DNA of 64,000 nucleotides from Pelagomonas calceolata. Taxonomy: Eukaryota. Of this stretch, positions 1 to 12,257 are shown one piece after another (position 1 is the first letter of the stretch; every line of letters begins with the position of its first letter). The position numbers were made by a program, and so were the translations under genes. The stretch covers positions 1,488,001-1,552,000 of the forward strand of contig CAKKNE010000001.1 in assembly GCA_918797485.1 (NCBI GenBank). Direction: 5' to 3'. A model generated the notes under the pieces. It made no database searches. It saw only the letters and a program-made list of their open reading frames with translations, and was not told the origin of the DNA.

Positions 1-642
1 AAACTCGAAGCGCTCGACTTGGAATTGGACTCCCACGCCTCGAAGCAAGTAAGAGAAGAAGAGCGCAACGAGTTGTGGGATTTGCGGGAGGCCCCGGCGA
101 ACGCGCTGGCGCTCGCGCGGACTAGAAGGTTGGTGCCGCGGGACGTTTCCAACAGTTCGATCAAGGTGTTGCGACGGCTCTACGCCTCGGCCCTGCCCGA
201 CAACCTCGACGCTTCGAGAAAACTCGCGCGGCGCGTCTTCCACACGCCGGCCTTGTGGCTGGTTCACGCTTCCGCGAAAGATTTAAGCGGTATGCACGAG
301 GCCGACCTCACGCGCAAGTACGACTGCACGCAGCTGGACGTTGTGGAATTGCGTGCAGTCTACGGCGCCGTGAAATCTATACGATGGCGCGACGTGAAAG
401 GCCACGCGGACGGCCGCGCGGCGTGGCGGAAGGCGGCTAGGGATCGATTGGTGGCGTTGGTGGACCGGGAGCGGCGGGGGGCGCTGCGTCCCCATGAAAC
501 GCGGCGCCCGGAGTACGCGTGCTTCGACGCGACGCGCGTCGACCTGGACGCGGTCGTGGTAGTGGATGTCGCGGACCTGGACGTCATGGAGACGGACTCG
601 GCGTCCTTCGACGGGTTGAGCGGGCATTCGCTAGGAGCATAA
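1..642 (+). CDS. Hypothetical protein, 5'-truncated by the window edge
   Basis: Open frame from window start to TAA at 640-642 with coding-like codon use; no family recognised. Confidence 0.6.
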   Translation, partial: KLEALDLELDSHASKQVREEERNELWDLREAPANALALARTRRLVPRDVSNSSIKVLRRLYASALPDNLDASRKLARRVFHTPALWLVHASAKDLSGMHEADLTRKYDCTQLDVVELRAVYGAVKSIRWRDVKGHADGRAAWRKAARDRLVALVDRERRGALRPHETRRPEYACFDATRVDLDAVVVVDVADLDVMETDSASFDGLSGHSLGA

Positions 643-818
643 CTTACGCGTTGTTCATCGCAGTACGCGCGTTTCGATTCGATGAGGGTCGATCTGGACG
701 CCGTCGTCGGCGTGATCGATGCCAGACACGTCGTCGTCTTGGACGAGCTGAACACTGCTAAGTCCTGAGCGGCCACTCGCTAGGAGGTTCGCTAGGAACA
801 TAACTTACGCGTTGTTCA

Positions 819-820
<2 letters not shown>
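627..820 (+). repeat. 33-bp direct repeat (627-659, 788-820) flanking a diverged copy of the gene's 3' end
   Basis: TTCGCTAGGA(G/A)CATAACTTACGCGTTGTTCATC occurs twice (32/33 identical); 661-787 translates QYARFDSMRVDLDAVV vs EYACFDATRVDLDAVV in the gene. Confidence 0.85.
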
Positions 821-1674
<854 letters not shown>

Positions 1675-1736
1675 TTATGAAATAATGTGCGGGAGCGGCC
1701 GGCTCGGGCCGCAAGAGGTACTATACTTATGTACTT

Positions 1737-2040
1737 CATAGGGTAAGGTAAAACGGCAGGGGGGATTAAAGCTGCGACTATCAGAGCGACCGGGGGTATT
1801 CCACCGGACATAGGAACCGCTATTAGATTTATGATCGACCGACTTGACCACTCTCCAAAAAATCCCGCAAGCCGTGCGGTACCGTCGTCATGGGGGTAAG
1901 GTATTTTAAACGGGCCGGGATTAAAACCAAAAATATATCAGCGACACCACTATTACACAGGACATAGGGACCGGTATTGGATTCATGATCGACCGACTTG
2001 ACCATTTTAAAAATATCCGACTTTTTTTTACCATGCTCCA
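1737..2040. repeat. Diverged tandem duplication, about 152-154 bp unit, relatively AT-rich
   Basis: GGACATAGG..CCG.TATT.GATT.ATGATCGACCGACTTGACCA at 1806-1850 and 1960-2004; CAT..GGTAAGGTA..AAACGG..GGGATTAAA at about 1737 and 1889. Confidence 0.8.
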
Positions 2041-2169
2041 GAATCGCCCGGCACGTCGCGCCCGGCTCGAGACGACATCGACGATGGCAACCCGGACGCG
2101 AAGGGAACTGCAGGATATAGAGGCACCCGGACTTAAGCGGCGGGGCGCGGGGGGAGGGGTCCGCGCGCC

Positions 2170-4705
2170 CTAGGACGCGAGCGCGGACTGGAGGTTGCAG
2201 TTGTCGCCCGTGTAGCCCGCGAAGCACTCGCAGTTGCCCTCGTTGCAGAGGCCGCGGCCCGAGCACTGCGCGACGTACTCGTACGACTCCGCCGTCGACG
2301 TGTCGAACTTGACGATGGTCTGCAGGCCGATGAGTTGAGAAACGGTCGCGCTGTCGCCGAGCTTGGAGAGCCACGCCGCCTCGACGGCGTTGAGGCCGTT
2401 GTCCGTCAGGGACGACGAGGACGTCGAGCGCGCCGCGGTCGCGGAGCCGTCCCAGTTGATGGCCTTGTCGACGACGAAGTAGAAGCGGTCCTCGGTCGTG
2501 GCGGTGGTGGCCGACGGCGCGTCGACGCCGACCTTGACGACCTCGTACATGTTGCCCGCCGTCGCCGACTGGTCGACCTCGGCGTCCGTCAGGCCGTCGC
2601 CGTCGCCGTAGCCGGCGTCGGCCGTGTCGAAGCGGTTGTTGAAGAGGAAGACCTTGTCGCCCTTGTTGAGGCAGGCGTTCATGATCGTCTCGTGGTTGAT
2701 GTGGCCAATCCCCAACTCGGGGCAGGACGTGTCGTAGCTCGTGTAGACCTTCGTCGCGCCTCGGTCGAAGCGGGCCGTGACGGCCGTTTTATTGGTTGCG
2801 AGGACCGTGGCGACGCCGGACGTCGGGAAGACGGCGAACTTCTTATTCGTGTCCGACGTGGGCAGGCCGCTAAAGTAGAACTTGTTCGTCGAGGCGTCGG
2901 CGTTGTCGTTGGCCCGGCCGTACCAGACGAGGTTGAAGGTGCCCGCGTCGTACATGCCGCTCTTCGAGTCGTCCGTCGGCGCTAATTTCACGATGTGGGG
3001 CGTGTTGGTGGAATTGGGCGTGCCGTAGTCCCAATTATAAACCTCGAGGTTGTTGTCGGCGTTGCCGTCGGCGTCGCCCAGGCAGGCCTTCAAAAGCTTC
3101 TCCTCGTCCGCGGACAAACCGCTGTTGGAATCGGTGAAGGCCGCGCCGAGCGTCCTTTCATTCTGCGGCGTCTTCGCGACCATGAACTGGACGCCGTGGC
3201 AGATGCTCGGGAAGTAGTCGACGAATTCGCCGGAGATGCCCTTCCAGTTCGGGAAGACGTCGATGTCGACGTTGAACTCCTGGTCGGTGGAATTGCCGTC
3301 CGCGAGGTAGACCGTGGGGCGCTCGCCGTCGAGGTAGGCGTTGACCTCGATGGGCTTCAGGTCCCCCGGGTTCTCCTCAAAAACTAAATCGTAGGCCACG
3401 GTCTGGAGGCCCGGCCCCTTGCCGTTCACCGGCTTGTCGCTCTTCGTGTAGCCGCGCATGGTGCAGGCCACGCCGTGCTTCGGCACGACGTCGTTGGCCA
3501 TGCCTTCCAGGGCCGCGACGACCTCGGGGCACTTGGCGCCCACGCTCAACGGCGCGGTCTCGTAGTCCTCTCCAAAAGCATCGTAGAACTTGATGGCGTA
3601 CGTGCCCTCGAGGAAGCTCTTGCGGGCCGCGCCGAAGGCTGCCGCGTCGCCGACGGCCTTCGTGCCCGTCAGGTTGCCCACGGAGAACGACACGCGCGCC
3701 GTCGGCGCGCGGACGGCCATGACGTCGTCGTCGTAATACAAAGGATCGATGCCGTACTTGCACATCTTGGAGGCGCACGTCGGGCCGGAATAGCCCGGCT
3801 CGCAGAGGCACGAGAAGCCGACCTCGGCGTCCCACAGATTATAAACGTTGTCGTGGTCCTGGGCGGCCAGGTTCTGGGCGTTCATGCAGATGCCGTGGCC
3901 CGAGCACGTCGGGTCGGCGCAGGTGGCTTTCTGGCAGCCCGCGCCCGCGTAGCCCGGGAAGCACTCGCACTCGCCGCTGCCGCGGTCGCAGATGCCCTTG
4001 TTGCCGCACTCGGCGTAGGCGTGGCCCGTGTTCGTGAGCTGCGTGCCCGCCGAGTCGGCCATGTAGGGGTACTGCTCCGTCGTGCCGTGCGGGTAGACCA
4101 TCGAGCCGACGACGACGTTGTTGACGGTGTTCACGCCCGCGGCGGGCCCCGAGAGCGCGTCGGCGGAGCCGTCGAGGTCGCCCTTGGGCGTATCCACATG
4201 AGCCGCGGCGAAGGGGCAGGTGCGCCCGGAGCAGTCGGCCTCCTGCCAGTTCGGGAAGCAGGCGCACTCGTCGAAGGCGCCGCAGGAGCCGTGGCCCGAG
4301 CACGCCTGCGCGTTTTTTTATGGGTTAGTTCGTCCGGCCTTGGAGCGGTCTCTCTTGTTTCATGCGTTCCTCGCGTCGCGGTGCGGTGTCTCTCGTGCGG
4401 TTTATGGGTTTTATGCGTCCGTCGCCGCCGGCGCGGCGCGAGCGGGGTTGTTTTTTGTGGGTTGGTACGTCCGGGCGCGCGGCGCGGGCGGTCCGCGCGG
4501 ACGGGGGTCCCCTCGCGGCGCGTTTGTGTGTTTCCGTGGGAGCGGGGGTGCCCGAGCCCGCGTTGGGACGGCGGGGGCTGCCTCTTGCGGGGCGCTCCCG
4601 GGCGGCAGCCTTTCTCTGGCCGGCCTTTGTTGCAACGCTGCTGCTCACGTTCGGGCACTCGGCGACGGCCGTGCCGGCGGCTAGCGCGAGCACGATGAGC
4701 TTCAT
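2170..4705 (-). CDS. Tubular mastigoneme / sexually-induced (SIG, Ocm1-like) EGF-repeat protein, about 730 aa; exons 4705-4649, 4305-2170
   Basis: Signal peptide then ECPN|ACSGHG...CFPNWQEADCSGRTCP, several EGF-like repeats, terminal CSGRGLC...CFAGYTGDNC; GTGAGC...GCAG intron 4306-4648 restores frame. Confidence 0.85.
4306..4648 (-). other. Conventional GT-AG intron (343 bp), not introner-like
   Basis: GTGAGC donor, CTAAC-like branch site, GCAG acceptor; lacks TIR and core motif. Confidence 0.85.
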
Positions 4706-4987
4706 TCTGCCGTCCTCTGGTGCGCTGATGGATGTCCTGGCGCGCAGCGAGGGCCGCTGGTTTAGGCGCAGCTCCCCGGGCCCGGCCAGCGGAACTGGCA
4801 TTTTAGCGATCCCAGCTAATGTTTGCCCCAAAATGTTGCGTCTACAAGTACGCAAGACCCAAGCAGCACTCGGCCCGGGAGCCCTCCGCAGGCGACGCCT
4901 CCCCGGACCAGGCACTCGACGACGCTCTCTGACAGACTCTGCTGCGCCTTCCGTCTCGTCGGCGTGCGCCGCCTTTTTACGAGGCCC

Positions 4988-5437
4988 ATGGCGGCGGACA
5001 AGGCGGCCCCGACGGCGGCGGAGCGGCAGGACGCTGCCCTGCGCCAGCTCCTCGCGTCGATGCGCTGCAAGCAGTACAAAAAGGCCAGGGAGGCCGCACG
5101 GGCCGCCCTCGCCGCCGGGGCCGAGCCGAAGCTGATGAAGGACTACGCCGCGGCCCTCGACGCCGTCATCGCGCAGCGCGGCGGCGGCGCGGACGACGTG
5201 GCCGCCGAGGCCGAGGACGGCTCCGGCCGCGGCCGCGTTGTCGAGCAGCTCGCGGAGCTGCTGCTGACGCTGAACGCGGGCACGGCGGACAGCGTGGGCT
5301 CGTCGCGCCGGCGCCAGAGCGTCCTGCCCTTCGAGCCCTTCCCGTACCCCAAATTCGACCCCGCTGCCCTCGCCGGCAACGACGAGTCGAGCGAGGAGGA
5401 GTCGGACGAGTCGGGCGGGGAGTCGGCGAGCGCATAG
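4988..5437 (+). CDS. Small hypothetical helical protein with acidic C-terminal tail
   Basis: ATG 4988, high-GC3 codons, divergent from the mastigoneme gene. Confidence 0.65.
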   Translation: MAADKAAPTAAERQDAALRQLLASMRCKQYKKAREAARAALAAGAEPKLMKDYAAALDAVIAQRGGGADDVAAEAEDGSGRGRVVEQLAELLLTLNAGTADSVGSSRRRQSVLPFEPFPYPKFDPAALAGNDESSEEESDESGGESASA

Positions 5438-5490
5438 GCGCCCGTCGCGGCCCGGCCCGGGGGGGGCGAGTAAATATAAACTCGACTTAC

Positions 5491-7155
5491 TTACCAGGAG
5501 AGCGCGGCGCCGAGGAATATGGTGACGAGGCAGAACGCGACGGAGCGGGTCGTGGCGCCGTCGCTGCCCAGGGCGCCCGGCGTCGGCACAGGCGTCGTCG
5601 TCGGCGCGGGCGTTGGCGCGGGCGTCGTCGGCGCGGGCGTCGTCGGCGCGGGCGTTGGCGCGGGCGTCGTCGGCGCGCGCGTCGGTGCAGGCGTCGTTGG
5701 CGCAGGCGTCGTCGGCGCTGGCGACGGCGCTGGCGTCGTCGGCTCTGGCGTCGTCGGCGCTGGCGTCGGCGCGGGCTTCGTCGGCGCGGGCGTCGGCGCG
5801 CAGGTGCCTGCAGCATTCTGCTGGACGCCGCACGACGTCGACTCGCATGGGGTGCCGTAGAACGCACTGCTCATTTTCACGCCGTCGTCAAAGCACCAGC
5901 CGAGGTCCTGGTCGAATGCCGAGGCGAGGTAGAACATCCCTTTCATGCTCGTGACGCCGGAAGTGTCCCACGCGCTGATGTCTTGGTTAAACGACGAGGC
6001 CGCGTCGAACGTCGCATCCATGCTCATGACGCTGCCAACTGCCCAACCGCTGATGTCCTGGTCAAAGGCGGAGGCGGAGGAAAACATGTTGTACATCGTC
6101 GTGACGCCAGAAGTATCCCACGCGCCGATGTCCTCGTTAAAGGACGCCGAGGCAGTGTTGCAGCCCGAGGAACTATGGTATTGAGACCCGCAAAACAACC
6201 ACGACATGTCCGTCACCCCGCCAGTCTCCCACCTAGAAATATGACCGTACGTCGCCTTGGCGGCCGTCGCGTCTGCGAGCCACGCGGCGACGGCAGTGCG
6301 GATGGTGGTGTCGTCCGCGACCAGGGGCGTAACCGTGGGCGCTAGCGTTGCGGTCGGCGCGGGCGTCGTCGTCGGTGCCGGCGTCGGCCCGCAGCTCACG
6401 TCCTTAACGCCCACGCCGCACAAGGTCGACGCGCACATGGTGCCGGAGAACGCGTCTTGAATCGTGTATTGACCATTCCAGGGCCAGGAGTCAAAATTAA
6501 CGCCGTCGTCCACGCACCAGCCGAGGTCCTGGTCGAAGGCCGAGGCGTGTTGGAACATAGATGACATGCTTGTGACGCTTTGAACTGCCCAACCACTGAT
6601 GTCCTGGTTGAAGGCCGAGGCGTACCGGAACATAGAGTCCATGGTCTTGACGTTGTCGACCGCCCAGTTACCGATGTCTCGGTCGAAGACCAAGGCTTCG
6701 TAGAACATACCGCTCATATCCGTGACGCTGTGGACCGCCCAACCACCGAGGTCCTGGTCGAAGGCCGAGGCGTAGATGAACATGAAGGTCATGTCCTTGA
6801 CGCTGTGGACCGCCCAACCACTGATGTCCTGGTTGAAGGCCGATGCGCCTCGGAACATCATTCCCATGCTTGTGACGCCGGAGGTGTCCCATGCGCCGAT
6901 GTCCTCGTTAAAGGACGCCGCGGCCGTGTTTACGTAATCGCAATAATAAGTTGATGCTGCAACGAAGAGGCAACTCATGTCCGTCACCCCCCCGGTCTCC
7001 CACGTCGAGATGTGGCCGTACGTCGCCTCGGCGGCGGCGCTGTTCGAGAGCCACTCCGCGACGGCCGTCCTGATGGTGCTGTCGGTCATGACGTAGCTGC
7101 CAGCCACGGCTTCTGATAAGCCCGCCACGCACAGAAGCGCTGCGGACCCCATCAT
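5491..7155 (-). CDS. DUF285/BspA-like repeat surface protein with two repeat blocks, PTPAPT stalk and probable GPI signal
   Basis: Signal peptide; YGHISTWETGGVTDMS and FN(Q/E)DI..W..S.VT.M..MF repeats; Pro/Thr repeats; hydrophobic C-terminus. Confidence 0.88.
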   Translation of the reverse strand: MMGSAALLCVAGLSEAVAGSYVMTDSTIRTAVAEWLSNSAAAEATYGHISTWETGGVTDMSCLFVAASTYYCDYVNTAAASFNEDIGAWDTSGVTSMGMMFRGASAFNQDISGWAVHSVKDMTFMFIYASAFDQDLGGWAVHSVTDMSGMFYEALVFDRDIGNWAVDNVKTMDSMFRYASAFNQDISGWAVQSVTSMSSMFQHASAFDQDLGWCVDDGVNFDSWPWNGQYTIQDAFSGTMCASTLCGVGVKDVSCGPTPAPTTTPAPTATLAPTVTPLVADDTTIRTAVAAWLADATAAKATYGHISRWETGGVTDMSWLFCGSQYHSSSGCNTASASFNEDIGAWDTSGVTTMYNMFSSASAFDQDISGWAVGSVMSMDATFDAASSFNQDISAWDTSGVTSMKGMFYLASAFDQDLGWCFDDGVKMSSAFYGTPCESTSCGVQQNAAGTCAPTPAPTKPAPTPAPTTPEPTTPAPSPAPTTPAPTTPAPTRAPTTPAPTPAPTTPAPTTPAPTPAPTTTPVPTPGALGSDGATTRSVAFCLVTIFLGAALSW

Positions 7156-7482
7156 CGTTACGTGTTGCTCGCGCTGGGGCAGCGAATTTATCGAGTCTGG
7201 CACGCTGATGGGCTCATCCATGGCGGCTTGCTAGTGTACAGGCCGCTAGCTGCAGTCGGACCACTCCGGGAGGAGTGAGCCTGGATGCCACAAGCTCCTA
7301 ACAAGCTCCGAGGACCATGGCTCCCAACCCGCACGAAAAAGCGTACTAGCTTTTTGAGCCCGGACGGGCCAAGGTGCTCTCCCGTAGGGAAAGGACGCCG
7401 CCGGCGAGGCCTATAAAATATACTTGGTTTACATACGGCGGGCGCCCTCCCCGCCAAAAGGCGAGGAAGCGGCAGGCGCCCT

Positions 7483-8347
7483 CTAGAAGAGGCCGAAGAA
7501 CTTCTTCTCCGGCGCCTTCTGCCCGCCGGGCGTGATTTTGGGCGCGGCGCCCATCATGCGGCGGCCCGAGTTCATGCGCTTGATCTCCTGCTGCGACAAA
7601 GCGCCGGAGTCGCGCCACATCTGCTGGTCGTTCGTGAGGCCGTTGCGCTTCGCGCGCGCGGCGAGGTCGTCGCCCTTGGCGCCGCCGCCCCAGTTCAGGG
7701 CCTCCCCGAAGAAGCCGATGTCGGGCTTGATGTTGTTGTACTTCTTGTCCGACGCGAGCTCGCGCTTCTGCTCCGCTTTGCCGTCGTTGTAGGCCGTCAT
7801 GCCGAAGCCCGTCTTCATCCAGCCCTTCTTGCCCTTGAGGTCCGAGTTGTCCCAGGACCCGCCGCGCTGCATGTAGGGCACGTCCTTCAGCGCGATGTTG
7901 CCCTTGCGCACCTCGTCGGGGTTCACGGCGAACAAATGCGTCGCCTCGCCGCGCTCCATCGCGTCGACGAACGAGTTGAAGGAGCGGCTCTTGAAGCCGC
8001 GCGCGCCGCCCGCGCCGAAGTTCTTGCCCGTGCGCTGCTTCTTTTCTTTATCCTGGATCTTCTTCCACTCGGCGGCGGACATGCCTGCGCGTCGTCGACC
8101 GGTGAGTTTTGTTGCGCAAGCAGAGCCTCGCCCCGCCCCGCCGTCGCGCAGGCGCCGCGTCGACGGCGTGGAGGCCACGACGCGGCCGGGGGCGGAGTTT
8201 GAAACGCCGCGAAATTTGATTTGTACGCCGGGACGTGCCGCTCGGGACGTACGCGGAGAGTTTCGTGAGGCCCGGCGCCGTGGGGGCGGGCGGGACGAGG
8301 GCGAGCGCCGTCGCGACGAGCGTCGCGAGGAGCCAGTGCTGCGCCAT
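7483..8347 (-). CDS. Conserved-looking, probably plastid-targeted basic protein; exons 8347-8239, 8084-7483
   Basis: Signal plus transit-like N-terminus, YVPSG|MSAAEWKKI, PYMQRGGSWDNSDL, C-terminal KKFFGLF. Confidence 0.75.
8085..8238 (-). mobile_element. Introner intron, GC-AG, 154 bp
   Basis: TSD GCACGTCC / GCATGTCC (7/8); degenerate left TIR ...AAATCAAATTTC; core CCACGCCGTCGACGCG. Confidence 0.85.
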
Positions 8348-9018
8348 GGCGTCTAGTGGTGCTGTGTCTGCTTTCGAAGCAAGTTGGATTGCGCGCCTTA
8401 TCGCTGCGGACGCGCGAGGAAATTGCACGAGGAGCTGCGATAGGCCGCTGAGATGGTAGACGTAGCTGGTGCGGTGCGTTGCGGGCACCTGGTTTGGTTC
8501 TGGCTGTCAAAACAGAGATTAGCAGGTCCTGACGGTCGACTTGCGTGGCATCGAGCTTGAGCGTGGTTTCTGTCTTTTGCGCGTGCGGCTCGCTCCCTTA
8601 CGCGTCGACTCGTCCGCAGGGGCGCCTTGTACGCCCCTCCCGTGCCGTCCGACGATGAAGCCCAAGGGAGCCCTCCACCAAAATCCTCACGGAAATGCCA
8701 CTAGGTTCGTGAACAAGGACGGCATTTCCCCATTCGACAGTCCCCAGATCGACGGGGCTGCCCCGTGATCTGCGCTGCAGCCCGAGTCCGGTTTGGAAGA
8801 AACCGCGCGCGCGTCCGGAAGCGAAGCAACGAAGCCACATACAAAGGGGTGGGGCAGGTGGGCGAAGAGGCCTGCTGGCGAGCCCCGCAAGCGTGCTGGA
8901 TGCGGCGATGTGCCGTGTAGCGCCCGAACTTCATAGACAACCCAAGACGCCGCACGCGCCCGCCGCCGATAAAGATAGCGAAAGGTGCATAAAACGAACG
9001 AACTTAAATATGGACAAT

Positions 9019-10864
9019 CTAGACGGCCTCGTATCCGGACACCGCCCCCCGCTTCCGCGACGCCATCACCACCATCGTCGCGAGCAACGCGCCGCAGCCG
9101 AAGCCCCCTAAAGCCGCGGCCACTCTACCAGAAGGCGCCGCGGCCTCGACGGGCCAGTCCTGAGGAACAACGGGAGGCGGCGGCGGCGGCGGCGCGGCCG
9201 ACGGCGGCGCCGTCGCGTCGCCGAGCGCGAAGTCCGCGGCCGGCGCTTTCAAGCAAGGGGGCAGCGCCGGCTTCGCAGAAAGATCGGGCAGCCAGCCCGC
9301 CTGCGACGCCGCCCGCAGCGACCGCTGCGCGAGGACGGCCGGGTGCATGGCGCTTTCTGTCGCTTCGTCGAATTTCCACGCCCCAAAGGACCACCCCAGC
9401 GACCCGCTTCGCTCGTAGGCGTCCCGCTGCCGCGCCGCGAACGATTGAGTATGGCGCGCCCACCAGGGGCTCCCCATCCTGTCGTCCAAATGGGCGCACT
9501 CGCCGTAGGCGCCGCCGTCGGTCGCGTCGCAGTCGTCCGTGGCGAGCGACCAGCTCCGCACGAAGAAGGGCGCGCGCTTGCGACAGGCCACGAAGCCGGC
9601 GAGCGCCGCGTCGCCGCCTGCGTGTGATGATGCGTGAGGGCGGTCCGGCACCCAACACTCGTCAAAAGAAAACGAGAGGTCCTCGGAAAGGTACTATCAA
9701 GTGAATCGTGTGTTCTGTGCCGCACGTTCTGTCGAATCGGTGAACCCACAGCGGATCGTCTTCGGACCGTTTTTTCGAAGTGCAAAACGGGACGCCGGTC
9801 TCATACAAGCCGTGGCCTCGTGGAAGAAGAGCTTCGTGCGGTCCTCGACGGGCGACGACGACGCGACGTCGACGACGGTGGCCGCGTCTGCGGCGGGGGG
9901 CGGCTCGGCGCGACGGCGCGGCGGCGGCGTACTCGCGAGCTCGAGCGGACGGCAGGGGTGATCTCTAGGCCACCCCCACGCCGTCGCCGACGAAGGCAGA
10001 AAAGGACACAGAAAACAAACGCGAGATCTCGTAGGCGACGCCGTCCGATTCATCATAAGAGCGCAGCGCCTCCTCGGAATCGACTCTCAGTAGCACGGGC
10101 ACGCCGGCCGCTTTAGCCGCCGCGCGCACCTTCGTCGCGGCCGCGTCGCACTCGACGAGCGCCGCATCACTCACATCGACGTCCGCGTCGCCGTAGACCG
10201 CTAAGATGACCCGCATGTCAATTTTGTCGAGCGAAGAAACGTCCTCGGCTTTGACAGGGACGCGGACGCTATTCAAACCCAGTGCTTTCATCGCTGCGTA
10301 GTCGTCCGACGAATGCGGCGTTTTTGTCACAGCATGACCGGCGCCATCCAAGCCGGCGATACCATGTAATGTTACCGCCTTGTATGAATCGGTAGTAGAG
10401 ATACACTCGGAACCCGTTAATGCAGCGAAGCCGCCGGCGCCACACGCCCTAGGATCCTTGCTCGAACCGGGCGTCGACGCGTAGACCGCCTCGACGTACT
10501 GATCGTAGACATGTACAGCTTCTTCTGCCGTCAAATTACCACCATCAAATTGCCGCACGACAGCGTTCGCGTCCCACGTGTCGCACTGGCACAAACCGGT
10601 GGAGGCGCAGTGTTTTACTTTATGATTGGGCGCCCACTGCAGCGGGAACGCGGCGCAGCCATACACATGACCGTCGCCCGGGCTCGTGACAAATAAACCG
10701 CGGTTCGCTCCACACAAACCCGCGAGCAGCGACGCGGCGAGGTCTTCTCTTATTAAAGGAAAGGTCGTCGCGTTGACCATGGTCGCGTCGAGGGCGCAGG
10801 CGAGGTCGCTCTTTGCTGCCGCGGCGATGGCGCATGGCAGCAGTGCTAGCATTAGGCGATGCAT
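9019..10864 (-). CDS. Membrane-anchored GH5 exo-beta-1,3-glucanase-like protein, probably two introns (about 9618-9725 and about 9963-10022)
   Basis: Signal peptide; DYAAMKALGLNSVRVP, PFFVRSWSLATDDC, FAARQRDAYE..GWSFGAWK; C-terminal TM followed by YEAV; intron borders uncertain. Confidence 0.65.
9618..9725 (-). other. Probable intron (GT-AG, 108 bp), possibly a decayed introner
   Basis: Splicing gives DSTE-R-GDAALAGF and joins two ORF frames; ends CACACGCAG. Confidence 0.5.
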
Positions 10865-11156
10865 CTTTGTTCAATGCAGTTGTTCGGTCGCAGCGGTGCT
10901 TGCGCCTGTCGCAGCGATGCTTACGGCTGCCGAAACCCTTCGATTGCTGCAGTTACGGGCGCCGCGAGGCACTTCGACTCGAGCTCTTGCTTGGCTAGTG
11001 TGTCTTGCAGCCGCTAGCTCGAAGCTGCCCGAGACGTCGTTTATCCGTCATATACCTGCCCGCGGTCTCGTAGCCTTGATTTCGAGCTGCTTTGCCTCAA
11101 TGAGCGTCGAGCCATCCTCGTCAAGCAAATCCACAAATTGCTCACTTTCGTACACG

Positions 11157-12257
11157 ATGTATCGTGCAGCAGTGGCCGCTTTATGCTTCGGCAGCAGCTC
11201 AGCCTTCATCGCACCGCAGCCTGCTCGCGTGGCAGCGCCGGCTCTGCAAGCTGTGCCGAGAGATGATGCTGCCAAGCCCTTAGCTGCCCTGGCTCCCGCC
11301 GCACAGCTCGCGGCCGCACTGTCGCTTGCCACCATCACGATCGGTGCGCCCGAGGTCGCGTGCGCTGCAGTGTTGAACCAGTTTCGACTGAAAATGACCG
11401 GAGACGGTGTTCGCTTCCGACGCGAGTGCGCCAACGCAGGTTCGCCGCGACGTCGATGGCGCCGACGACGACAATCTCTGCGACGAGCAGCAAGAAGAAG
11501 GCGGTCAAGGCGGCGCCGAAGCGCAAGGCCCCCGCGAAGCGCAAGGCCGCCCCGAAACGCAAGGCCGCGCCCAAGCCCAAAGCGGCGCCCAAGAAGGCCG
11601 TCGCTCGCCGTGTCATTTCCGTCGGCGCGTCCTCGTTAATATGCACACGCGCAGGCGCCGAAGAAAGCGGTAAAAAAAGCAGCGCCGAAGCCGGCCGCGA
11701 AGAAGCCCACCGCCGCCAAACCCAAGGCGAAAGCCGCGCCGAAGGCCAAGGCGCCGGCGCCGAGGCCCGCCGCCGCGAAGCCCGCGCCGAAGGCCAAGGC
11801 CTCGAAAGCCGCGCCGGCGCCCGCGCCGGCGAAGAAGAGCGCCCTCGCCGTCGAGCCCGCCGTCAAGGCCGCGCCCCTGGACCGGACGTCGGCCAAGACC
11901 GGCGGCAACATCGGCTTCAAGCTGAAGGACGAGTCGGCCAAGCCGAAAGCTAGAGCGGCGGCCGCGCCCGCGGCGGCCGTCGACGACGGCACGTCGAAGC
12001 TCGCCAACAAGGCGGGCGCCAAGCAGATGAACCAGCTCGCGCGCGAGGCGCCCGGCGCGGCCAAGCCCCAGTCGATCAAGCTCGAGAAGAAGGCGGCGCC
12101 CGTCGCCAAATCGGCCCCTTCGAAACCCGTCCAGAAGACGGGCGACTTCTCCGTGAACCCCACGAAGCCGGGCAAGAAGACGTACACGAAGAAGGGCGCG
12201 GAGTCGTCCGACCTCTCGGACGCGGCGCTCGCCGAGAAGCTCCAGTCGAAGTTCTAG
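11157..12257 (+). CDS. Plastid-targeted Lys/Ala/Pro-rich low-complexity protein; exons 11157-11359, 11440-11599, 11655-12257
   Basis: MYRAAVAALCFGSSSAFIAP bipartite presequence, second hydrophobic stretch ending APEVAFA, then KKAAPK/PKRKA repeats; both introns restore frame. Confidence 0.75.
11360..11439 (+). mobile_element. Introner-type intron, GT-AG, 80 bp
   Basis: TSD GTGCGCTG / GTTCGCCG (6/8); CAGTGTTGAA.. left end, CCAACGCAG right end. Confidence 0.7.
11600..11654 (+). mobile_element. Short degenerate introner-type intron, GT-AG, 55 bp
   Basis: GT 8 nt before CCGTGTC; ends CACACGCGCAG; restores KKA|APKK. Confidence 0.5.

Noticed and set aside
2335..4698. Long antisense or overlapping ORFs (e.g. 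3475-4698 +, 4325-5848 -; also 18410-19708 -, 47638-48972 -, 51801-53030 +)
   Set aside because: Shadow ORFs expected in high-GC coding DNA; Arg/Ala/Gly-rich with no motifs
5575..5800. GGCGTCGTCGGCGC-type tandem repeats as non-coding satellite (also 19060-19220, 28520-28620)
   Set aside because: They encode PTPAPT or PAPA linkers of the host proteins
11440..12257. Histone H1 gene call
   Set aside because: No winged-helix globular domain; plastid-type presequence
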